The notes under the pieces: model-generated | What the model was told of the DNA's origin: nothing | The model's input: only the letters and a program-made list of their open reading frames with translations | Databases searched by the model: none | Made by a program: the position numbers and the translations under genes | Part shown: positions 49,445 through 61,636 of the stretch, one piece after another | How the letters are laid out: each line of letters opens with the position of its first letter | Position numbering within the stretch: the first letter of the stretch is position 1 | NCBI GenBank assembly: GCA_051530055.1 | Contig: CM121341.1 | Span: 7,046,784-7,110,783, forward strand | Length of the DNA: 64,000 nucleotides | Origin: Neoechinorhynchus agilis | Lineage: Eukaryota > Animalia > Acanthocephala | Direction of reading: 5' to 3'

Positions 49445-51700
49445 CCTCATCGGTCGCCGATTATCATTCATGAAACTATTAATCTTATTAATAAGCGGGA
49501 TTCAAGGATCAACTCGCTCGAATCCGTTACCGCCAATGACGCACAACCAAAGGGGGCGAAATATCTCGTTGAAGGGAGGAGGAAACTCACTGATGGCCTC
49601 CCGCCTCCTCGGGATGTATCTGAGGATCCGGAGGAATCAACAAACTTTTAACCGTGCATTAGAGGCTATGAGGTTATATCACTTCTCCGATGTAATCGGT
49701 TTTGCTTTATGCCAAATAAATAAGCCGGGCGTAATGGACAAACTAGAATTTAATGATGATAAAGTTAAAGTCCATACGACAGTCTTAATTGTACTTGTCG
49801 AGCTCAGATCAAATCGTAAGAAACTAGATGGCTAATTTAGATTTTCTGGAAAACACAGGGCTTATCGGTCGCCGATTATCATTCATGAAACTATTAATCT
49901 TATTAATAAGCGGGACTCAAGGATCAACTCGCTCGAATCCGTTACCGCCAATGACGCACAACCAAAGGGGGCGAAATATCTCGTTGAAGGGAGGAGGAAA
50001 CTCACTGATGACCTCCCGCCTCCTCGGGATGTATCTGAGGATCCGGAGGAATCAACAAACTTTTAACCGTGCATTAGAGGCTATGAGGTTATATCACTTC
50101 TCCGGTGTAATCGGTTTTGCTTTATGCCTAAAAAATAAGCCGGGCGTAAGGGACAAACTAGAATTTAAAGATGATAAAGTTAAAATCTATACGGCAGTCT
50201 TAATTGTATTTGTCGAGCACAGATCAAATCGTAAGAAACTAGGCGGCCAATTTAGATTTCCGGGAAAAACACAGGGCTTATTGGTCGCCGATTATCATTC
50301 ATGAAAATATTAATCTTATTAGGAAGCGGGACTCAAGGATCAACTCGTTCGAATCCGTTACCGCCAATGACGCACAACCAAAGGGGGCGAAATATCTCGT
50401 TGAAGGGAGGAGGAAACTCACTGATGACCTCCCGCCTCCTCGGGAGTATCTGAGATCCGGAGGAATCAACAAACTTTTAACCGTGCATTAGAGGCTATGA
50501 GGTTATATCATTCTCCGGTGTAATCGGTTTTGCTTTATGCCAAAAAATAAGCCGGGCGTAAGGACAAACTAGAATTTAAGATGATAAAGTTAAAATCTAT
50601 ACGGCAGTCTTAATTGTATTTGTCGAGCACAGATCAAATCGTAAGAAACTAGGCGGCAATTTAGATTTCCGGGAAAACACAGGGCTTATGGTCGGATTAT
50701 CATTCTGAAAATTAATCTTATTAGGAGCGGACTCAAGGATCAACTCGTGAATCGTTACCGCCAATGACGCACAACAAAGGGGCGAAATATCTCGTTGAAG
50801 GGAGGAAACTCACTGATGATCCGCTCCTGGGAGGTATCTGAGAATCTGGAGGAATGTACAAACTTTTAACCGTGCATTAGAGGCTATGAGGTTATATCAC
50901 TTCTCCGATGTAATCGGTTTTGCTTTATGCCAAAAAAATAAGCCGGGCGTAATGGACAAACTAGAATTTAATGATGATAAAGTTAAAGTCTATACGGCAG
51001 TCTTAATTGTATTTGTCGAGCTCAGATCAAATCGTAAGAAACTATATGGCTAATTTAGATTTCCGGGAAAAACACAGGGCTTATCGGTCGCCGATTATCA
51101 TTCATGAAACAATTAATCTTATTAGGAAGCGGGACTCAGGATCAACTCGTTCGAATCCGTTACCGCCAATGACGCACAACCAAAGGGGCGAAATCCTTGA
51201 GGGAGGAACTACTGATGTCCGCCTCGGGGGATTGGATCGGAGGAAAAACTTTTAACTGTGGGTGGTTTTCGTGTAATCGGTTTTGCTTTATGAAAAAATA
51301 AGCGGGGTAGGACAAACTAGAATTTAATGATGATAAAGTTAAAGTCATACGAATCTATTAGAGCGGACTCAGGGATCAACTCGTCGAATCCGTTACCGCC
51401 AATGACGCACAACCAAAGGGGGCGAAATATCTCGTTGAAGGGAGGAGGAAACTCACTGATGACCTCCCGCCTCCTCGGGATGTATCTGAGGATTCGGAGG
51501 AATCAACAAACTTTTAACCATGCATTAGAGGCTATGAGGTTATATCACTTCTCCGATGTAATCGGTTTTGCTTTATGCCAAATAAATAAGCCGGGCGTAA
51601 GGGACAAACTAGAATTTAATGATGACAGTCTTAATTGTATTTGTCGAGCTCAGATCAAATCGTAAGAAACTAGATGGCTAATTTAGATTTCCGGGAAAAC
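49445..51700 (+). repeat. ~410-bp tandem repeat, ~5.5 copies (inverted relative to 11405-12330)
   Basis: tcgccgattatcattcatgaaa recurs near 49452, 49868, 50285 and 51088. The middle copies carry many 1-nt deletions. Confidence 0.92.
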
Positions 51701-52779
51701 ACCGAGCTTATTCGGTATAAAATTGTTAAATCATTTTTTCCGATATAGTTTATTTGTAGAATACCGCCATCCACTGATTTTAAATCCAATCGCTTAATCA
51801 CTTAACTGTTCTGAATTGAACGAATAAACATCATATTTTAAATTAATTGCGTAGTAAATTTTTTATCGAGAAATATAGAGAACGTTTAAAAAAGTATCGG
51901 TCGCCGATGATCATGCATGAAAGTATTAATCTTATTGATTCAGGTTATTGTATCTCTTCCTCAGCTTTTGGCATCATCATGGCGCCACACCGATCTATGC
52001 CGTGGCCTTATTTCAAAAGCCGAGGAAAGGATTCAATAACCTCAATCAAAAATAGCGTGCCAGTAACATTTAACTATTGATCTTATCATGTATTTCGTTG
52101 TCCATTTTACGACCATTTGAAAGAAGTTTGGCGTTGGAGGCCGAGAATAAAGTTTCTTGTTTTATTTTTTTATTGTAAAAAAACGCCTCATAACTCACAA
52201 ACTCTGAGATTCGCATTTATTCTACCTCCCATAAATGTGCCATTTGAATGGAGGAACATACTTTTTATCCCTCTTTGCCCGATCCACTTTATTGGCCTGC
52301 TCAACATTCTCTGATTCCTCCATTTCTTGTTTGAAGTCCTCACTTTCAACCGAATCAGCCAGGACGCTCATTGCCAAGATTAAGATGAAAAATGCCCAGT
52401 AGAGTTTCATTTTGATGACTACTGACATTTAAAGACAAAGTCAACTCATTTACGAGACCAGTTTCTATAGCAACCACTGTACATTGGTGAAATGAAAAAT
52501 CTTTATACATTAACGACAAAAAACGATATATATATTCTAGCGGCGATCTGAGTTTTGGAAAACGTTTTTGTTAAAATTATTCAGCGTTTTGTTTTGCGCT
52601 TTTGCGATCCCGTAAAATATTAAAAAATTGCTTTTAATTTGTTTTGTTTGTGTTTCAAATCCGAGAACGCGACGAGCAGTTTCGATGAAACCTCTTTCGA
52701 ACGATGAGACATTGTTGAACGAATCTAATTCATTGAACTCCAAAATCTACGATTGATCGCGGCTGTTTTTTATCGGCCA
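51700..52779 (-). repeat. Right arm (unique part) of the inverted segmental duplication of 10343-11420
   Basis: Near-identical reverse complement. ORFs at 51847, 52222 and 52537 duplicate those at 11033, 10694 and 10379. Confidence 0.92.
52222..52428 (-). CDS. Paralogous secreted prepropeptide; predicted mature peptide DKKYVPPFKWHIY-amide
   Basis: Same signal/acidic pro/KR layout as 10694-10897; ends with GR-stop followed by AATAAA. Confidence 0.85.
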   Translation of the reverse strand: MSVVIKMKLYWAFFILILAMSVLADSVESEDFKQEMEESENVEQANKVDRAKRDKKYVPPFKWHIYGR

Positions 52780-53535
52780 AAGCTAATTTTTTTCCGTGTC
52801 CAGGCCAAACTCCAGAGAGTGACCTTTAGAAGACCTTTAATCTTAGTTTGGTTGAAAGGTTTAATTAATAGTTTCCGTTTAAAAATTAGGACGAAATCAT
52901 TTTTCTTTATTTCGCCTGACCAAAAACCATCTATGGATAACATCTTTAAAATACCTGGGACTGGACACTGTTCGGATACGGGATTTTTTCGGATAACCGA
53001 ATACCCAATGTGATGTATTCTTGGGGGTTGGGAATTCGTCTAAAAAAGGTAAAATCTGAGCAGAGTTACATAATTTTAGCTTTATTGTTCTAAATTGTGC
53101 CCTACTGCACACCTTTCTCTCTTTTTTCGCTGCAAGATCTCTGATTATCTTTTAGCAAAAAGAGGTTGAATAGGACAGTAATCCGGTCAAAAGTGGCCGT
53201 ATTAAACCTTTAAAAAAACTAGGTTGCATAATGTTTTGCCCTCCGGCTTCGAGCGATGTTCTCGTATAAGAGAAAATGGCTTTAAATTCGAAACGATGAA
53301 CGTCAACGGCTAACACATGGATGGTCGATATTGGAATTTACGTCGCTGCGCCTCTTAGACGAGACTTTTCCCCGCAATGGAGCGAGGATCGTGTGATGTT
53401 CATAACCATTTTACACCAAGTACCTTACGAGTTTTATGCGACTCACACACTTTTGCTCAGAATTGAACAGCACTAAAAAAAGGTATAAATTCACTGTGTC
53501 TCGGCTAACAAAAATTCACACTTCTTCAAAAAAAG

Positions 53536-56500
53536 ATGAAGGTATCTTTGCTAACAATCTGTCTCATTGTTGAGCAGGTATACCTTTTTTTTGTAGAGAA
53601 ACCTCAGTGCTTTAATCACATCGCTAGGTGTGTTCGTTAAGTTCCCAAGGATGCATTTGGTATGGTTATTGTGGAGATAACAGGAATTGCGTATACGACG
53701 GACCTCCGATATTGATAAACGACCTCATTGCTGCTAAACAATTGCTTGCGGAATGTCCGCAGTTTCCAAGGGAGCTCAACCAAACAGTGGCCGCTTGTTG
53801 TGATGTCCCTCAAGTAGCCATACTGAGACGAAACCTATTGACCTTGCAAGCACTTACTGGAAGATGTCCAGCTTGTTATCGAAGTCTTCGGACGGTTATC
53901 TGTGGAATTAGTTGCGATCCATTTCAAGTGTCGTATATGAAAGTAGACCGCACGGTGCCAGCTTTTGTAGACCCTGAAAAAAGAGCAGTCCGGGAGATCT
54001 CTATGGTCGTTTCAGAGTCGTATCTTCAAGGCGTTATAGATTCGTGCAAGTAAGGAAGTTCTAGCGAGTTTACTTTTTTTCTATTAACCCAAATTTAGAG
54101 ACGTTCAAGGTATTCTTGGCAGCGCTTTAACGGCAATATGCATGTCATCTAACTGTACACCACAAGCTTTGATAAGAAGTTTAACAAGTGAAACACTCGG
54201 TGCTCCCGCAAAGTACAACACCATAGTGACGGAACATACGACGACGGTCGATGGTATTGAACTTCGTCCATACACTGAAACTACGTTCAATTGCTCACAA
54301 TCGGTCTCAAACGAATTTGAAACGTTTGAAAGCTGTTCTTGTGCAGTGAGTTTAAGGTTGTTTTTTTCGTGTTTAACTAAAATCCATTAGGACTGTCATA
54401 CGTCTTGTCCCATCTATTCCTTTAATAATCCAGAGGAAACGAAAGTAGGATCCGTTAGTGTTATAGTATTTATCATGATAATGCTCGGTATACTTGCTGT
54501 ACTAATGGCATTCGGTCTTGTTCTCAATAAAGTCGTTCAATACTTGAGATTCCAGAGAAAACTTAAGAAAGGTGAGAATGACTTTTAACCAACAAAAAAC
54601 ATTTCCATTTAGATCCTGGTCTGGTGTACTTTAATCAGCAATATGAAAGTGCCGCTGTTAAAGTACAAAGTGTATTAGAGAAAGTCTTTACTAGGTAAGC
54701 GTCCGGACTTCTCCCCATTTCTAGTCGGGAGTCTAAATTCGATTTAATATCTTCGTAGTTTTTTAGATATTTTTTGAGTTGAGGCTGATTTTTCCCAAAA
54801 TAACCTTATTGCAAGAATCAATTCTCTGTGTTCAAAACTATTCTTCTTCCAAGACGATCCCTCTCGTACAAGAGGGGAAAAATGACTTCCATCAAACGTC
54901 TTTTGATTCGAAAACTAATGTTTACATTTTAGTCACCGATATTTCGGACATGACTTTCTAAAAGACCGGAACTTTCTCAGTTCGAAAGAGTCTCTCTTTC
55001 TAAATTAGCAATGTATTTGATCATGTCGACGAGAATCCGTTTACTGCTCAACTTATCGACTGACTTCTCAACCGCTTGTTATCTTTTTGAAATTGAAAAC
55101 TAATGTTTACACTTTTGACCAATCAAATCCATTTTGTGGATTCAATTACGATCGTTTTAGTATCGGCTACTTCTGTGCCACAAGGAAGAAGTTCGTCATT
55201 CCGACATCTTTGGCGATATGTGCAATCCTCTGTGCTGGTCTTGTTTATTTTAAAGCCACATCGGACCCAATTGCTCTTTGGGGTGTGATTGGTGGTCGAT
55301 GTATTCGCGAAAAGAATTACTTTGATGAAACATTTAGGTAAGTTACCATCTTATCGTTTATTATTTAAAAAAACCAACCACTTAGTCCTTTCTATCGAAT
55401 TGCTCAAGTATATTTGAGACCGTGGAACCAGAGTAAGGTTCTTATTAACAAGAAAATCTATGGTCCAATCTACAGACAAGAATTGCAATTAGAAGTCCTA
55501 CAAATCCAAGAACAAATAAAGTCAATCACTGCCATAGACGAGGACGATAGCCTCATAAAACTATCAGACGTGTGCTTTGCTCCTCTTTCCCCTGATAACA
55601 ACAATTGCACAATCCAAAGTGTTGCTCAATATTTCGGAAACGACGAATCGCAAATTCAAGCCTCCAACTGGCTTCAGAAACTCACTGGATGTATAAATTC
55701 TCCGTACGATTTTGATTGTTTAAGTGATTATGAAAGTCCAATCCTTCCATATGTTGCACTTGGTGGATATGACGAGAAGGAATACGATCAAGCAAGTGTC
55801 ATGGTCCTAACATTCCTCAACAACAACTATCTCAGTGGTCCACAATTGCGTAGATCGAAACTCTGGGAACTGGAATTTCTTAAATTTATGAGCGATTTCA
55901 GTTCTAACAACTTTGAGGTATCATACATTACCGAACGATCAGTTGAAGATGAAGTAGGAAGAGCGAGTGAAGCAGATCTTTCCACTATTTTACTAAGTTA
56001 TATCGTGATGTTCGTCTATCTTAGTATATTCCTGGGTACTTTTCGATCACTTCGAACCCTGTTTGTCGATACTCGTCTAATTCTCGGTATAGCGGCTTTA
56101 GTGATGATCGTTGTCTCAGTATTGTCGAGCTTTGGATTCTACTCCTATCTTGGATTTCATACTTCCATCATTGTCCTCGAAGTCACTCCTTTTCTACTAT
56201 TGGCCGTCAGTTCAGGAGACAATTTCATCTTAGTAAACAATTACATTAGACGATTTGAGTCCCAGTCTCAGATGAGTGTCGAAATGAAGGTGGCTGCAAA
56301 TCTCGGAGAAATCGGTCCAAGTCTTCTATTATCAAGCTGCTCACAGGCTCTTGCGTTTGCTGTCGGAGCTGTCATACCCGTTGGAGCTATAAGAGTCTTT
56401 GCTCTGTACTCATTTCTGGCTGTAGTCATCAAATTCGTTCTTCAAATTACACTGTTCGTATCGGTATTCACATTGGATTGTCTTAGACAAGAACAAGGTC

Positions 56501-58904
56501 GCTTTGACCTTCTATGTTGTTTAAAAACAAAACTAACCAAAGAAAGACGGGAAAATGGCTTCAGTTATATTGTGTTTGAGCGATATATAAGTCCTATAAT
56601 CCTGAATCCGATCGCGAAGATCGTCATTGTCCTCGTATTTGTCGGATGGTTCGTGACTTGTCTTACTTTGATTCCAAGAGTCGGTGTGGGGCTGGATCAA
56701 AAGATCACATTTCCAACTGGATCGCATGTAATTGGTTATCTTAACTCATATGAAAAGTACGCTCGTGTAGGTGCTCCCGTCTACCTTGTTGTCCAAGACG
56801 GTTATGACTATATAAACCGGACTAGTCAGAATTACGCGTGTAGTTCGGCCGGATGTGATCCCAATTCGATTTCCAATCGAGCGATAATGTTGGCTAGTTT
56901 TCCAAGTCGAACAACTATTGAGTATCCACCTGCATCGTGGATTGACGACTACTTTTCGTGGATCGCAAATGAAAAATGCTGCTCTGTCAATTCTGTTACT
57001 AATCAATTGTGTGACGCTGGCGATTCTAATGAAAAGAATTGTGTCAGTTGTCCAACCGATTCTACGTCCGGGAACATGAGACCGAAACCTGATGACTTTA
57101 TGATGTACTTGAAACATTTCTTGAATAGAAACCCCAATGTGGATTGTGTGAGGGCTGGACATGCAATGCATGGATCGGCTGTTCAATTGATTCCGTCTCA
57201 AGCCAAAAAAAGCAATGAATCGAGAATTGGAGGTTTGCTTTTCACACCATCGACTCTAATGGTAAAAAAATTGACATTTAGCTACAAATTTCATGCTTTA
57301 TTCAACTGTACTCGTTAACAGTAGTGATTACGTAAAAGCATTAGAGTTTACTAGACTCCTATCTGATGACATGAGCAACGATCTCATTCAAAGAGGATTT
57401 ATACCAGACACAATGAAAAACAACAATATCAATCCCGTATTTCTGTACAGGTAAATCCACAAAATCTAACAATAATCCAACGTTTACCGCAAAAAAATGG
57501 CCATTGAAATTTTTGTATCAGCGAGGAAAAGTTGACCAAAGTATCTTGTCGCAACTAAAAATTCGACCCATGGATTTCGAGCATTGGTCAGATTTCTCGT
57601 CTACGAGTTCCTAAGTGAGAGATTACTTCGTTTTTGTATCATAAAAGAATAGGGGAAAAGAGGACCCCAAGCTCCATTTCCCGGCACATGGTACCGAGAT
57701 CTTGGCCGAAAATCCGCATGATCCACATGGCAAAACTAGAAGTTGAGACGCCTTCCGCTGAGTCTGGATCACCGCTGTGGACTTTTTACCAGTGTACCTT
57801 TTTGCCTTCTGATGTTTAAAATTCATGTCCAGAAAGCCGTAGCTTCGAAGGACCTTCGAAGTCTCACGACCGGCATTGCGTCGTCGTTTTTGGCCACATC
57901 GATTTCGAGCATTGGTCAGAATTCCCGTCTACGAGTTAGTGAGAGATCATTTCGTTTTTCACCCGATCTCGGATCTTGATCTTGGAAATGGGCACAGTCC
58001 ACATTCTAAAACAAAAAGTTGAGACGACGACGATTGCAGCGATCACCATAATCAGAGTCTGCCTGTGTCCACCGTTTTGTAGACCTTTTTATTACTTTTA
58101 CCAGAGCAACGGTCAAGTCGTTCGACGCAATTTTCGTTCTTATAAACAAAACAATCTCCGATTTCAGTTATTTTTATCCATTCTACGAGCAATACATCTC
58201 GATGGCCACCACAACTATGCTCAACATCATCTATTCAATCATCGGAGTGTTCATCATCACCTTTATTATGCTTGGAATGGACTTCCATTCAAGTGTGATC
58301 GTCCTTCTCACACTCGTAATGACAATGATCGATCTATTCGGAATCATGTACTTGTCAGGTGTTGACTTAAATGCCATATCCGTCGTAAATCTCGTAATGG
58401 TATGTTTTCCCGTTTGCAATCTTAAATCACACATTAACTCAATAAGGCCGTTGGAATCGCGGTTGAATTCTACGCTCATATTGTTCGAGATTATGCTCTT
58501 ACCCACATCGAGGACACAAGGGAAAGAGCTACTCGCGTCCTAGCCAATATTGGATCATCGGTAAATGTCAGAAACTCGATGCGCTCATCATTTCGTCTAA
58601 GTAGATCTTTGTTGGAGTCACCGTTCCTGAGCTAATCAGCGTAGCAACATTATCGACAGCGAAGTCGAAGATCTTTCAAGTCTTTTTTTTCAGAATGTAC
58701 CTTTCACTCATTCTGATGTGTACTTTAAAGGCACTTATCTTCTTACCTGTAATACTTACTTACCTCGGTAAGCGATCAAAAATAATTGAATATTTCAAAA
58801 TCTTCTTTAAAAAAGGACCCAAAGCAATCGTAATAAAACAAAGAAAATCGGAATCAGGGATTTCTATGCAAAGTCGTGATCAAGAAAATACGTATATCAT
58901 GTAA
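53536..58904 (+). CDS. NPC1: Niemann-Pick C1 sterol transporter, multi-exon
   Basis: CIWYGYCG, CCDVPQ..L..NL, GRCPACYRSL..ICGISCDP, SDPIALW, IREKNYFDETF|PFYRIAQV, sterol-sensing region (SYIVMFVYLSIFLG...EVTPFLLLAVSSGDN), GAPVYLVV, ASWIDDYFSWI and DLNAISVVNLVM|AVGIAVEFYAH. Confidence 0.96.
57540..57990 (-). repeat. Inverted copy of the ~330-bp repeat family inside a long NPC1 intron
   Basis: 57590-57626 and 57834-57890 are reverse complements of ~3630-3668 and ~3695-3752. gatttcgagcattggtcaga occurs at 57572 and 57901. Confidence 0.8.
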
Positions 58905-60194
58905 ACAGTAAAATTGTTTTAATATTAAATTCTCTTATGTCCTCTCGCAAACCTTTGTAGAACATCCTTTTTAGGCACACAGCCAATCGATATCTGTTTA
59001 TGCGGGTCAAAAGGTTCAAATCTACGATGAAGGGAGGAGGAAACGTCCATCCCCCCCCCACAGGAGGTATCTGAGGATCCGAAGAAATGTACAAACTCGC
59101 AACCGTAGTGATTCAATCAATACCGATTGGATGTGTGCCTAAAAAGGAAAAAGCCGAGTAAGGGATGTTCTAAATTCTTATCTAACATTAAATATGGAAA
59201 ATTTTAAAGCAAGACGATAAAAATGACCTAGCCTTGGCTTTTTGTAGCGGTTTAAATAAAAATGTGACTTTTCAAAACAAAATTAGCGTGTTTTTATGTG
59301 ATTAAAGTTTGTCTATCCTTTTTTACTCCGATTATTTGATTAATTTGATCAATAGTGTGCTGATAAATCAATGTGGCTATTGATTTTGAAGTGAATTACG
59401 AGTCCGGCCGAGTGTAAAAGTTGGTGGAAGGAGAGTTTGTGTCTTTCCTCAGGTTCATTTCGGTTTATGATATCCGAGATAAAATTGGGCAGTGTGGAAA
59501 AAGGAGCGGAGGTCGAAAGCGGTACAAGTTCTGATGGGTCAAATGAATGCGGTTGCTTATTTTTGAATGGATAACGGGTCCGGACGGGTTGGAAACTAGG
59601 TGGTTATTGTTTGTTGGAGAGTTTGTGAAGTTGGGTCTTTCCCCAGGTTTATTTCGGGTCAAAAGTTCTACTGTACTAAAATGATTGATTTTGCTTGTAT
59701 CGTTCATTGAAAAACAATATTTTAAAATCTATGAGCAATAAATCGCTCATCTTAAGACGTCGTGGGGTACCTGTACACAAAGCTTCTAGGACAATACTCT
59801 AAAATCAATAAACAAGAAATTGATCTTCGTATCGTCTATTGACAAAATGTTCAAGAATTGAATTTATAAACAAAAAACCCATCAGTGCTCCTATAACATT
59901 CGTTAAAATGTTTTTGAAGACTGATTTATTCTGATGTTTGTTTTAATAGCAGAAATTCAATGAGTGAAATTTCATCTAGTTTCGTTAAGGAGGCTACGAT
60001 TATTGGAGTAGATTACAATGGGGAAGGAAATTTTGGTTTTCGGGAAACCGAGAGGGGAAATGAGGGAGATAGCGGTTGCTTTGGTTGTCGAGGGTGATAA
60101 ATTAAGAGAAGAAGCGATACAAGTTTTCGATCTCAAAAAATTGATTATCAAAAAGAGAGAAGACAGGAAGCGAATAAGGAAAGAAGCGATACAA

Positions 60195-60790
60195 GTTTTC
60201 GATCTCTTGGATGCTATTCCTCTGGCATCAGTGGGAACTCTTCTCACTGATGAGGTAACGAGGATTGCAGTGTCCTTAAGACTTGGTCTCCCGATACCGC
60301 TGTCGATGTGGATCTTTGGTTGATGCTTTCGGACGACACGGTCTCGTTTGCCGAAAGTCACAAGGAAGGTTCTCACCCCATTCTGAGATCAACAGCGTAA
60401 TTTCGCGGGCGTTGAGAACGGCGAACTTCCCCAGCATCTTGGGAGCCGCCCATTTTTGTCTATCTGGCGGAATTTCGGTCTTTGGCGGGAGGGCAAATGC
60501 CTTCTCTGGGACACCCTCGCGCAGTAAGCAACATTCCCTACTCTCTCGAAATCGCTGGAGGTGCAGCGAAAGGGAGGAAGGTACGAAGGAGCGCTTGGCA
60601 GCTCGGCACTCTGCTCCAGGATCTCTCGAAGAAATTGAGAGAAACGACCGGAGACTCAGGAGCACGCGTATTCCTTCGACAAAATATCTCGCTGGCAGTA
60701 CAACGAAGCAATGCTGCTAGTGTGATAGCGACAGCCGACGAAGGAGAAAAGCTTCGATTTTGCGGACGGTGGTGATTGCACGTTTTGTGC
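60195..60790 (+). mobile_element. Second, distinct CRE-clade retrotransposon 3' fragment
   Basis: LDAIP..GTLL....IAVSLRLG, CRCG..VDAFGRHGLVC....RFSPHSEINSVISRAL and FLRQNISLAVQRSNAASV. The 3' tail is repeated at ~61304-61362. Confidence 0.8.
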
Positions 60791-61636
60791 TTGATTATTA
60801 ATGAAAAGTTAACTTGTAAGATGAAATTCTCGATTTTGGGATGTCAAACTGAATATGAGTTAAATCTTTAATTTGAGTTAACCAGCATCATCCGGGTAGG
60901 TATTCTTTAAGTGACTTTTTGAACAAAAAACGGTCTTTAACGTTCAAATTTTTTTTGCAATGTGTCAATGCCGATTTAAGAGCAAATATTGAACTACTTT
61001 TATTTGAAGCTTCAAAATTTTGTGACAAATGCCAAAACAAGTTTCGATGCTTTCCATAAAACGAAATTGATGTCGGAACTCAAGAAGCAACATCGAAAAA
61101 TCTATAAAAAGTGCGACAAAATTCCATAGCACTGAAACAATGCGCAAATTATGTTTCTAAAAGTTTTTAATGGATAACAATTAGATTGCTTATTCCATGC
61201 TCAAAATATGTGTTTCGAAGGGTTTTATATGCGGAACATTAATGTTTGAGCAATCATTGTTACCATGGAGCTAGGTACCACTTTTTCAAAAAATCCTAGC
61301 ATGACAGCCGAGGAAAGAGAGAAAAGCTTCGATTTTGCGGACGGTGGTGATTGCACGTTTTGTACTGGTTGCAATGAACGTTATTAAATTAAGCGAAACG
61401 AAAACGTGAAAGATAAATGAGTGATTGGCAATGATAGAAGCGAGTTTAGAGTGTATTCGGAAACAGCCTTTAATAAACGTTTGCCTGTTGTTTGTCTTTC
61501 GAATGAAATTAAGATTTTATTGGATATTTCGATCCACAATCTCGGATATTCTTCATCGATTGTTTGCAAATCGTCAGAGAGAGACGGAAGAAACGTCAGT
61601 TTCATTCTCGGATTTTTCAGGACACCATTGACGACA

